NCBI GenBank assembly: GCA_000025185.1
Contig: CP001848.1
Location: 4,560,001-4,592,000 of the forward strand
Direction of reading: 5' to 3'
Length of the DNA stretch: 32,000 bases
Source of the DNA: Pirellula staleyi DSM 6068
GTDB lineage: Bacteria > Planctomycetota > Planctomycetia > Pirellulales > Pirellulaceae
The notes beneath the pieces were generated by a model. That model was given only the letters and a program-made list of their open reading frames with translations, had not been told where the DNA came from and made no database searches. Shown here in pieces: positions 10,484 through 18,877 of this stretch. How positions within the stretch are numbered: the stretch's first letter is position 1; every line of letters begins with the position of its first letter. A program made the translations under genes and the position numbers.

Positions 10484-11782
10484 TTATGCCACCAGATCGC
10501 TCAGCGTACCGGTACTATCGCCATGTCGCTCCGCTGCGACGCCGAGCCCTTGAAGCATCGTCAGCCAGGCGTTGCACAGGGGCGTTCCTTTCGGTACGAC
10601 GAGGTTGTGGCCGAGTTTGAGATTCGCCCCGCCACCGGTGATGATTGTGGGACAATTGTCGAGCGAGTGACCGGTGCGGATGTTACTGCCGTAGGCGAGC
10701 GCGACATGATCGAACAGCCGCGAACCATCGACTTCCTTGGTCTCCTTCAGCTTGTCGATCAGTCCTGCAAGGAGTTCACTTTGCGCCAGATCGCGACGCT
10801 GTGAAGCGTCGAGTTTTTCACCAAGCACGCTATGGTAGTGGCTCATGTCGTGCGGATGGACATTGATCTCGAGGCTCAGCAGCAGCGTGCTGACTGGCTG
10901 GCGATAGGTGATCACGCGCGTGCTATCGGTTTGCAGCGCTGCAACAATCAGGTCGTACATCAGTTTGATTTCTTCGCGCCCAGTCATTCCCGGCGGTGGC
11001 TCTTGCATCGGGGCTGGCGGTTGCTCGACACCAATCCACTGCTCTTCTTTGCTTAGTCGCGTCTCGATATCCCGAATCCCTTCGAGGTATTCATCGAGTT
11101 TCGAGGCATCTTGTCGATTGAGTCCACGCTTCACATCGCTGGCATTTTCGAGCACCGTATCGAGCAAGCTCCTTTTCTCGGAGAGCATCAACTTCTGCTG
11201 CTCGATCGGAGTCGTATCCTTCGAGAAAAGACGGTGATACGCCTCGACCGGACTATTCTGACCACCCATCGGTTTTCCACGGACATCCCACGCCAGCGAC
11301 AAACCGGGACCATGTCCCGATCCACCAGCGCTGTCACTGCCGCAGAACTGCAGTGAGGCAAAACGTGTTTGCTGACCGAGTGTCGCAGCAGCTACTTGAT
11401 CGACCGAGATGCTGTTGTGAAAACTCTGCCCAACCTGCGCGTAGCGATTGGCCCCGGTGAGCCACATCGTGCTCCCCCAGTGACCTTCGTTGGAATACTT
11501 ATTCCATAGTCCCTGCACGACCGTAAAATCTGACTTGTGCCGCGCGAGTGGCTTGAGCCCTTGCGGAAGCTCGTAGTCGGTGCCGGGCGTATTGATATCG
11601 GGATACCAGGTCGCTTCGGTCACCCCCCAGCCAAAGCCGAGAAACGCCAGACGCTTGGGGGGCCTCTTTGGCTCAGCGCTCGATGCTGTACGCTGAAAAC
11701 CCAGCGATTCGAGCGCCGGGAGTGCAATCAAGGCGGTGCTGGACCTGAGAAAGTGACGTCGATTGCGAGAGGTGGCCATCAC
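10484..11782 (-). CDS. DUF1552 (HXXSHH) family protein, copy B, Tat-type signal
   Basis: GTG 11780-11782 is immediately followed by ATG 11777-11779; either could be the start. N-terminus SRNRRHFLRSSTALIALPAL is twin-arginine-like. The family motif is present as the variant HDMSHY. C-terminal AYGSNIRTGHSLDNCPTIITGGG parallels copy A. Confidence 0.85.
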   Translation of the reverse strand: MMATSRNRRHFLRSSTALIALPALESLGFQRTASSAEPKRPPKRLAFLGFGWGVTEATWYPDINTPGTDYELPQGLKPLARHKSDFTVVQGLWNKYSNEGHWGSTMWLTGANRYAQVGQSFHNSISVDQVAAATLGQQTRFASLQFCGSDSAGGSGHGPGLSLAWDVRGKPMGGQNSPVEAYHRLFSKDTTPIEQQKLMLSEKRSLLDTVLENASDVKRGLNRQDASKLDEYLEGIRDIETRLSKEEQWIGVEQPPAPMQEPPPGMTGREEIKLMYDLIVAALQTDSTRVITYRQPVSTLLLSLEINVHPHDMSHYHSVLGEKLDASQRRDLAQSELLAGLIDKLKETKEVDGSRLFDHVALAYGSNIRTGHSLDNCPTIITGGGANLKLGHNLVVPKGTPLCNAWLTMLQGLGVAAERHGDSTGTLSDLVA

Positions 11783-11847
11783 AAAGTTCCTACTAATTTG
11801 CTAACGAAAGATGCACTTCAACGTCGCCTTCACCCAAACCGAATAAG

Positions 11848-14544
11848 TCACGACTTCAAGCGAAACGCTTCACTGGTCACCAGCGTTTCGAGAAACGATT
11901 GCACTGCAAAATCTTTTTCGCGAGCTTGGTTTACCATCGCCTCGATTAACGGTTCGTCGCTAAAGCTACAAGGTCGACCGAGCGCGTACTCGATGAGTGC
12001 CATGCTGAAACCACGAGCAAAATCCTCGGATTTCGACGCCAAGATCTCGCGCAACTGATAGTAGTCGGCAAACTCGGGCCCTTGAAACAGCTTCCCCTGT
12101 GGTTCGATTTTCCAGCTGATCTTCTGACCGGAGATCGGCTTTCCATGGTCGCCAAACAGTTGATACGAATCATCGGTGCGCCACATCCCGGTGGCATCGA
12201 GATTCTCAAGCCCCAGCCCAATAGGATCGATCTTACGGTGACAGCTCGCGCACTGCGCCTGCTCTTGATGCAACGAAAGTCGCTCGCGGGTAGTCAGGAG
12301 TTTTCCTGCCAAACGTGCAAGCTGCGGCACATTCGCCGGGGCAGGGGGAGGTGGATCGTTCAGCAGCTTTCGTAGGACCCATGCGCCACGTTCGACCGGA
12401 CTGGTCCGCTCACCATTACTGAGCATGAAGTTGATCGCCGCCATACCGAGCAATCCACCACGCGGAGAATCGGCAGGTACCGGCACCTTGCGAAACTCAT
12501 CACCATGCACATTCTCGATTCCATAGTAGTTCGCGAGGACTCCGTCGATCACGACGTAATCTGAACGAAGCAAATCATCGAGCCCTGCGTTCGCGCGGAG
12601 TATATGCTCGAACGTTTCATACACCTCGCTGCGCGCCGCAAGCTTTGTTGCTTCATCGAAACGAGGAAACATCGCGCGGTTGACCGTAAAGAAGTCGACA
12701 CGATCGAGCTCGAGCCATTGATGCACAAAGGGGCGCGAGAATCCGACTGCACGAGGGTCGCTCAGCAGCCGCTTCGACTGTGCACTTAGAGTCTCTGGCT
12801 CGAGCAACTTTCCCTGCTGTGCCAGCTCGCGCAGCTCACGGTCCGGAGGAGATCCCCACAGGAAATACGACAGCCGTGTGGCCAACTCTTGGCTCGTGAG
12901 CGCTCGGCGCTGCTGATCGGGCGTAGGCTCCGCCAGATAGAGGAACATCGGCGAAGCGAGTACGACCGATAGCGATTCTTTCAGGGCCGCCGCATGCTTG
13001 TCTCCGGCAGTTCGTCGACGCTGGTAGATCTCTGCGAGTCGATCAAGGTAGGTAGTCGATGGAGCTTTGCCTCGAAACGCCTCGACAGCAAAGCGCTCGA
13101 TCGCTTGTCGCACTTCGTCTGGCGACGGATTGCTTTTGTCATCAAGTCCGATTTGAAGCGTGGCTATTCCGGCGGGGAGTTTTCCGCTTGCATCATTCAC
13201 ACGCTCAATCTCCATCCAGTCGATCCAAAGTACAAACTCCGGACCGACACCGTTTTCCTTTACCCCTTCGTTGAAGCGACGCCGCGATTGCTCGATATGA
13301 TCGCTCGTCCCTTTCTCGCGAATGAAGATCGCACGATCGTTTCGATCGCTATGCTTGCGTGTCATCACCAGCGGAATTTCGATCACTTGAGGATGATCCA
13401 TCGTCCCGGTCACTTCGTGCGTGCTGATGACCTGACCATGTCTTGGATGAATGCCAAACTCAATAAATCGCCGCTCGGGAGTGGCATGCTCCGTATGAGC
13501 AGCGCGAATACGCACGACATACTCACCAACGGGCCATGAAAAAGGAACGTTCAGGGTGAGCCATGAATTGAAATCGCCACCATTGTTGATCGTGAGATAA
13601 GCGCCACGATCAACAGCGGGCTGCGCGAGATACTTTGCATGGTAGGCATGCAGGAAGAAGTTTCGCGAGGCTCGATTGGCTTTGTCGGCGTTGTTCTCCC
13701 CGGTTTGGAATCCGAAAGATTCGGGGGAAGGTGCTCCAGGAATTTTGGCCCACGAGCGTCGAAAGATCGACTCGTCAGGAAACTCCTTACGCAGTTCGGC
13801 CACAATGGCAGCGTTCTCACTGCGCGCGGCCGCCTCATCCACTCCCTTGACCCACAAATCGCCTCTGCGGCGCGCGTCGAGTTCATCCGCATGCAACTTA
13901 CGAAGCAGTGGCGTGGTCTGCTCACCTTCCTGGCGCAGCTTGTGCTGCGAGGTGGCGGCAGCTTGTCGCTCCCACGCTTCATCGAGTCCCTCGCGACCAA
14001 GCGCCAGATATTGCTCGAACTGATTTCCCGACATGAATAGATTCGAGCCAACCGTATCAAATCCCCCGGAACCCACATCCGACGGAAGTTCGCTCACATT
14101 AATCTCGACTCCCAAGAGTTCACGCAGGGAATTGCGATACTCGCGTCGATTCAGTCGCCGCATGGTGATCACGCCACCTTGATCGGCAAGAGTTTTGCGT
14201 GCTGCCACCATCGTGTTTGCCAGTTGATCGAGAAGATCCGCTTTCACCTCATTCTCGAGTTGTTTTTCACCCTCAGGAGGCATCTCCCCGCTATTGAGTG
14301 CGTTTAAGATCTTCTGCCACCGCTCGGCTGTTTCGAGCGTTGTGATCGTGAGTGGCAAATCATCGATACGAAATGCCCCCTCCGCTTTGCTCTTCGCATG
14401 ACATTTCTGACAGTGCGCGCGTAGTACCTGGTGATGCGAGGCTGGAATCGTAGCTCGCGGAGGCTCACCTGCCACGGACGGTTCGGATAGTATCGCAGCG
14501 ACCGTCACCCAAAGTATCAGCGCAAAACGAAGTGCATATTTCAT
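11848..14544 (-). CDS. DUF1592-family (PSD/PSCyt3) multidomain protein with two CXXCH motifs, copy B
   Basis: I prefer ATG 14542-14544 (MKYALRFALILWVTVAAILSEPSVAG, Sec signal) over 14592. CQKCH at 14398-14412 and CASCH at 12238-12252, both verified on the DNA. Strings parallel to copy A: RLSYFLWGSPPDRELR, YYGIE, GGLLGMAAINFMLS, PVERGAWVLRKLL, PPPPAPANVP. Confidence 0.85.
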   Translation of the reverse strand: MKYALRFALILWVTVAAILSEPSVAGEPPRATIPASHHQVLRAHCQKCHAKSKAEGAFRIDDLPLTITTLETAERWQKILNALNSGEMPPEGEKQLENEVKADLLDQLANTMVAARKTLADQGGVITMRRLNRREYRNSLRELLGVEINVSELPSDVGSGGFDTVGSNLFMSGNQFEQYLALGREGLDEAWERQAAATSQHKLRQEGEQTTPLLRKLHADELDARRRGDLWVKGVDEAAARSENAAIVAELRKEFPDESIFRRSWAKIPGAPSPESFGFQTGENNADKANRASRNFFLHAYHAKYLAQPAVDRGAYLTINNGGDFNSWLTLNVPFSWPVGEYVVRIRAAHTEHATPERRFIEFGIHPRHGQVISTHEVTGTMDHPQVIEIPLVMTRKHSDRNDRAIFIREKGTSDHIEQSRRRFNEGVKENGVGPEFVLWIDWMEIERVNDASGKLPAGIATLQIGLDDKSNPSPDEVRQAIERFAVEAFRGKAPSTTYLDRLAEIYQRRRTAGDKHAAALKESLSVVLASPMFLYLAEPTPDQQRRALTSQELATRLSYFLWGSPPDRELRELAQQGKLLEPETLSAQSKRLLSDPRAVGFSRPFVHQWLELDRVDFFTVNRAMFPRFDEATKLAARSEVYETFEHILRANAGLDDLLRSDYVVIDGVLANYYGIENVHGDEFRKVPVPADSPRGGLLGMAAINFMLSNGERTSPVERGAWVLRKLLNDPPPPAPANVPQLARLAGKLLTTRERLSLHQEQAQCASCHRKIDPIGLGLENLDATGMWRTDDSYQLFGDHGKPISGQKISWKIEPQGKLFQGPEFADYYQLREILASKSEDFARGFSMALIEYALGRPCSFSDEPLIEAMVNQAREKDFAVQSFLETLVTSEAFRLKS

Positions 14545-14602
14545 GAGTGGAGTTGCTTCAGCTTTTCTCAGTACGATGGGGCCACCTATCAATGCACGAA
14601 AC

Positions 14603-15595
14603 TTACTGCTGCGTCATGGTGAGCCGAATGTCGTCGATATAGTGACCTGAAAACTCAACGCGATTTTGAAACTTAGGATTGTGAAAGATCCCAATGTGAA
14701 TCAGCAGAAAGTCGGCCTCAGCAGGGACTTTCAATGTGCAATCGATACGTTGCCAGGTCGCCGGGTCACGATCGAGCTGCGGGCAGGTTTGTCGCCCCAT
14801 CGCCAGTGCGCTGCTGGTCAAATCACCCCGTGAAATTGGCGATAGTTCACGTAGGAACTCCTCGGTAATCGCGTGCATGGCAATCGATCCGCGATACTGG
14901 TCCTGCTCTGGGAAAACTGCTGCGTTCAGCTGCACGGAGAGCTCGGCGACTCCTTTGCCACGGGCGATAGCGTCGCGATAAGGGCGGAGATCCACAATGC
15001 GGAACAGATCACCGCAGTAGCTCCCTTCGGGATTCGCTTTTCCTTCATGATCGGCTCGCAGCATGCGCAGCATCTGGCTTCCACTAGCTGGAAGAACTCC
15101 GTTATCTGCCAAAGCAAGCTGCGAAAAATCGCCACTCCACTGATCGATCTGACTGGGGAGACCTGTGACCTCGGGTGCTGTTTTGTTCTCGAAACTTTCG
15201 AGCAACAGCGACGTGACTTTCGGAGACGACTCGAGCAATCGTGGAACAGCGTAGGCCCAGGCAACTGATGAGCAGGCCGCGCCGATAAGCAGCCCTAAAG
15301 CAATGCCGCTAAGAGGACGCCAGGCTGAACGCGATCGCTTTCGATCGGCGATGGAAGGCTCATGGATAAGGGGCGGCGAAGGAATTTCTTGCGAAGCTAG
15401 TGTCTCGCCTGAAAGGACTGGTGCAGCGGACCGGATGGCAAGCTCGGTCAGTTTTCCATCCACCGTCGCCAGATCGCGGAGTATCCGCCGCGCTTCAGCG
15501 CTGTCGCGTAGCAGCGACTGCAGCGGCTCGATATCGGCTGGCTCTAAGCGATCGTCGAGATATCGATGCAGCAGTTCGAGTTCTTGTGGATGCAT
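14603..15595 (-). CDS. Putative membrane-spanning anti-sigma factor with uncharacterised extracytoplasmic domain
   Basis: ATG 15593-15595, 77 nt downstream of the ECF sigma gene. N-terminal helical segment (LLHRYLDDRLEPADIEPLQSLLRDSAEARRILRDL) resembles ECF anti-sigma N-domains. Single TM (LSGIALGLLIGAACSSVAWAYAV). About 200-aa C-terminal domain ending ..VEFSGHYIDDIRLT. The call rests mainly on position and topology. Confidence 0.6.
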   Translation of the reverse strand: MHPQELELLHRYLDDRLEPADIEPLQSLLRDSAEARRILRDLATVDGKLTELAIRSAAPVLSGETLASQEIPSPPLIHEPSIADRKRSRSAWRPLSGIALGLLIGAACSSVAWAYAVPRLLESSPKVTSLLLESFENKTAPEVTGLPSQIDQWSGDFSQLALADNGVLPASGSQMLRMLRADHEGKANPEGSYCGDLFRIVDLRPYRDAIARGKGVAELSVQLNAAVFPEQDQYRGSIAMHAITEEFLRELSPISRGDLTSSALAMGRQTCPQLDRDPATWQRIDCTLKVPAEADFLLIHIGIFHNPKFQNRVEFSGHYIDDIRLTMTQQ

Positions 15596-15672
15596 AACGG
15601 AGGACCTAAAGCGTTAGTTGCTGCGCTCGTATGAATCGAGAGTGATCATCGGGGGGACAAAGAAGCAAGCGA

Positions 15673-16227
15673 TTACGTTGGAGCAGCAAGTTTTTTCTCG
15701 ACACAGCGCTGCAATTCCTGACGAATCCGAGCGAGAAGCTGATAGACCGAACCTTCGGAGCGGGCGAGGCCAGCAGCTAACGATCGGATCGTGTTGTCGG
15801 GCGAGTAAGCGGCCAGCACCAACTGACGACGATCGGCCGAGAGCTTGGCGACACAATCGTCGAGCGCTTTTAGTTGCTGCTCGCGGAGGGGCATTTCTTC
15901 AGCTCCTTCGGCCGCCAGCAGTTCGATGGTGGCGTCGTCGAGCACCAGCCGATCGCGCGCAAATTTGCGTCGAAATTTCAGTACCTCAAAACGCGCAATC
16001 AAGCAGACCCAGCGTGGAAAGAGAGTCTGGTCGTCGAGCGTCGTGAACTTTCGCCAAGCGACGAGTCCCACCTCTTGCATCACCTCATCGACATCAGCAG
16101 ACCGCGGCAAGCAGGCACGGATATATGCACGAATCTGCTGCTCATGCTTCATCAGCAGACGTAGAAAAGCTTCGTTGGATTTCTCGGGTTGAGGGGACTC
16201 AGTCTGGAGAAGTGAATCGTCGGACAT
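15673..16227 (-). CDS. ECF-type RNA polymerase sigma-70 family factor (planctomycete/verrucomicrobial clade-like)
   Basis: ATG 16225-16227, 184 aa. Region-2-like ADVDEVMQEVGLVAWRKF..FPRWVCLIARFEVLKFRRK and region-4-like IRSLAAGLARSEGSVYQLLARIRQELQRCV. Size and motif order fit ECF sigma factors. Confidence 0.85.
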   Translation of the reverse strand: MSDDSLLQTESPQPEKSNEAFLRLLMKHEQQIRAYIRACLPRSADVDEVMQEVGLVAWRKFTTLDDQTLFPRWVCLIARFEVLKFRRKFARDRLVLDDATIELLAAEGAEEMPLREQQLKALDDCVAKLSADRRQLVLAAYSPDNTIRSLAAGLARSEGSVYQLLARIRQELQRCVEKKLAAPT

Positions 16228-16707
16228 GAATGAAGTCGTCGAATTTGCCTGGGAGAAGTGGAGGATGCTTCGAGACTAATTGTGTACTCCCGATCAATAG
16301 CTGGTTTAACGAAAAATCTTCCCAAAAAACTCGCCGCTGATCAGAAGAGGATCCTCCGCAGGCATAGCAGCTATTGCGAGAGTTCGACCATCCACCACCA
16401 GATGCAACGTGTTATGCCAGCAGAGGATAAACACGTGATTCCACGGGATTCGCGGTGCATTTCGGCCACCAAATTGCCTCCTTTGTATGCACGATCGTTC
16501 GAACAGTATTTGTCCCGATTTGAAACTACTTCTCTCAAATCGAGAATCTTCCGCCCCATCTGAAAGGAGTTTTTGGCCCTGGTCATCTCTCTGGTGTGCC
16601 ACATGTCGTGGCTAGGAAGGGGGGTGACCTCTTCCCGTGCGAACAGGACCTGCGGAATCCTTTTCGCTTGTGAAAAAAATTACCGCAACAGAGAAGAGAT
16701 GTGTGTC

Positions 16708-18378
16708 ATGTTACGTCGAACCTTTTTTCAGATGTTTGTTTTTCTCGCGGTCGCCACCTCAATCTCGGTGCACTTCGCGCCCCGACCCAGCCTCAGTGCT
16801 GCTGAACCGAAACGACGTGTCGGAAGTGGGGCGGCACAGCGGGCTCCCATCGGTCCCACGAATTTGGCAAGTAACACCAACAGCACCGAGTTCGATCAAG
16901 AGATCGATGCCCACTTTGCCGAGAAGAAGCTGCCAGGCCTTGTCGTGCTGATGGCACGCGATGGGCTCCTCACTTATCGCCGGGTCAAAGGCCATGCCGA
17001 TGTCGCCGGTAATGTGCCGATGACTGAACACAAGATCGGTCGCCTAAACTCGGTCTCCAAACTGGTTGGAAGTGTCGTCCTCGTGCGACTCGAAGAGCAG
17101 GGGAAGATCAACCTCAAGTCGAAGGCCTCGACTTACATCGATGGCCTTCCGGCTCATCACAACTATCGAGTGCTCGATCTGCTGACTTGTCGCAGCGGCG
17201 TTCGTCACTATGGCGAGCCGACCTCCAGCGACAGTCCAACAGGCTGGTCGGAGAACGACTTTGCCACAGCTGCCGATGTGCTCCCAAACTTTTGGCTAGA
17301 TCCCCTAGCATCACCGAGTGGCAGTTACCACTACAGCTCGTTTGGGTACACCATTTCCGATGCGTGTGCTGAAGAAGTCTCGGGAAAATCGTTTCGTAAT
17401 TTGGTGAAAGACCTCGTTGCGACACCTGCTGGAGCCTCGACGCTGCGTGTCGAAGACTTGGAGGACAACAACCTTAATCGCGTGAAGTTCTACACCGTCG
17501 AGAATGGTCAGAACGTCGAGGTTTCACCTCCGAAAAAGGAATGGACTCCATCGGGTGGCGGGATGCAGAGTTCCCCTCTCGATTTGCTGAAGTTTGGCAT
17601 TGCCTTGATGGATGGGAAAGTGATCTCGAAGGCCAATGTCGATCGGATGATGACGCGCCTCGATTCCAACGATTCGTATGCCATTGGTTGCAGCACCGCG
17701 ATCGAGAATGGCTACCAAGTGATGGCCAAGGATGGAAGCGCTGAAGGAAGCAATGCCTATATCTGGATGGTTCCTGAGCGCCGCATGGTGATGGTAGTGA
17801 TGGCGAATCGCGACGGGGCTGGTGTCGACTCGTTGGGTAAGTCGCTCCGCCGAATTGCCTTGGGTACGAACAAAGCGTCGGGACAAGAGCCTGATTTGGT
17901 GGTCGAAAAGTTCGTCCGTACCTCTGCCCCACGCTACAAGAATGGCTACCTCGAAATTCCTGTCTCGTTCGGCGTCAAAAACCAAGGGAAGGCAGGGGCC
18001 AGCAGCAGTTTTCTCAACTCGGTGAAAGTCGAGGGTGTCGATCGCTGGACAGCCTTCATGGAGGCACTCCCTCGCGAAGATTCGAAGTCGGTTAGTGCTG
18101 TCGTGAAAGTTTCCGACCCGAACAAACTGCTCGCGGGACGTACCCTCACGCTCCAAGCTTATGCGGATGCACCAATTGCTGGTGGCGATACTTCGATCCC
18201 CAGCTATGCCCGCATCAATGAAGTGTCGGAGAACAACAACACTGCCACCCTCGAAGTGAAAGTGCCTGGAGGACTCGATCTGAAAACGGCACCTCGCCCC
18301 GATACCGATGCGAGCAAGTCGCGTCCCACGCGGGTTCCTAATCGAATCGGACCTGCGAATCGTAAGCCCGTAAAGTAA
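16708..18378 (+). CDS. Secreted beta-lactamase-fold serine hydrolase with C-terminal CARDB-like domain
   Basis: I prefer ATG 16708 (MLRRTFFQMFVFLAVATSISVHF, signal peptide); the ORF-track start at 16573 adds 45 aa ahead of the signal. SxxK nucleophile motif in RLNSVSKLVGSVV. C-terminal part from about 17890 (PDLVVEKF..VKNQGKAGASS..INEVSENNN) matches the CARDB pattern PDLvv/NqG/E.sE.NN. Basic tail RPTRVPNRIGPANRKPVK. Confidence 0.8.
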   Translation: MLRRTFFQMFVFLAVATSISVHFAPRPSLSAAEPKRRVGSGAAQRAPIGPTNLASNTNSTEFDQEIDAHFAEKKLPGLVVLMARDGLLTYRRVKGHADVAGNVPMTEHKIGRLNSVSKLVGSVVLVRLEEQGKINLKSKASTYIDGLPAHHNYRVLDLLTCRSGVRHYGEPTSSDSPTGWSENDFATAADVLPNFWLDPLASPSGSYHYSSFGYTISDACAEEVSGKSFRNLVKDLVATPAGASTLRVEDLEDNNLNRVKFYTVENGQNVEVSPPKKEWTPSGGGMQSSPLDLLKFGIALMDGKVISKANVDRMMTRLDSNDSYAIGCSTAIENGYQVMAKDGSAEGSNAYIWMVPERRMVMVVMANRDGAGVDSLGKSLRRIALGTNKASGQEPDLVVEKFVRTSAPRYKNGYLEIPVSFGVKNQGKAGASSSFLNSVKVEGVDRWTAFMEALPREDSKSVSAVVKVSDPNKLLAGRTLTLQAYADAPIAGGDTSIPSYARINEVSENNNTATLEVKVPGGLDLKTAPRPDTDASKSRPTRVPNRIGPANRKPVK

Positions 18379-18405
18379 GCATTGCTGCAAAAAAGTTGGA
18401 TGGGC

Positions 18406-18432
18406 CCGTCCCCAGTGAGTTTCTGGGGACGG
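18406..18432. terminator. Perfect 10-bp GC-rich hairpin between convergent genes (possible bidirectional terminator)
   Basis: CCGTCCCCAG (18406-18415), loop TGAGTTT, CTGGGGACGG (18423-18432). It sits 28 nt after the hydrolase stop and 18 nt after the stop of the minus-strand gene. No U-tract directly abuts the stem; a T-run on the minus strand starts about 11 nt beyond it. Confidence 0.4.
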
Positions 18433-18449
18433 AGGTGACGCAGAATCTA

Positions 18450-18836
18450 TTAGCTCGGACCTTGAATCGATAGAGCAGCCACGGCGATCGCCAGTCCCAC
18501 GATGTTCAGAATCACGATGAGGAAGCCCACTCCATAAATGGTTTGGGTTCCCTCATCGATTTTTGCTTTCTTGCTGCTCATCAATTTGGTCGCAACGATT
18601 CCCATGATCCAGCTCCAGTGCAACATCACGTGTATAAGAATGCCCAGAGTCATCACAGCGACCAGGATGAATTGCAGGTTCATCCAATCACCAAGATTCA
18701 TCCCCCCCAGTTGCCACCCGCTGGACGCCACGAGAGGTGGGAAGACAAATCGCACAACCACCGATACAAACATGAGCGCGAGGAAGACGACGAGAAGTGC
18801 CAAGTCGAGAAAGAAATTGACGATCGCTCGCGACAT
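18450..18836 (-). CDS. Small integral membrane protein, DUF4405-like
   Basis: ATG 18834-18836, about 4 TM helices. The string LGILIHVMLHWSWIMG resembles the conserved H..LHW.W signature I recall for DUF4405. Last gene of the cbb3-linked same-strand cluster. Confidence 0.55.
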   Translation of the reverse strand: MSRAIVNFFLDLALLVVFLALMFVSVVVRFVFPPLVASSGWQLGGMNLGDWMNLQFILVAVMTLGILIHVMLHWSWIMGIVATKLMSSKKAKIDEGTQTIYGVGFLIVILNIVGLAIAVAALSIQGPS

Positions 18837-18877
18837 AACGTTGGCTCAACAATCCTAGAGGCGTGCGGACTCGCGAT

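Noticed and set aside
16258-16604. 101-aa (+), 98-aa (-) and 77-aa (-) ORFs in the divergent spacer between the ECF sigma and hydrolase genes
   Set aside because: They overlap one another and have non-ATG starts, atypical composition and no motifs. The region is more AT-rich and is better explained as a divergent promoter region.
17524-18390. 288-aa minus-strand ORF antisense to the serine hydrolase gene
   Set aside because: Shadow ORF with Arg-rich low-information composition. The plus-strand frame has a signal peptide, an SxxK motif and CARDB-like motifs.
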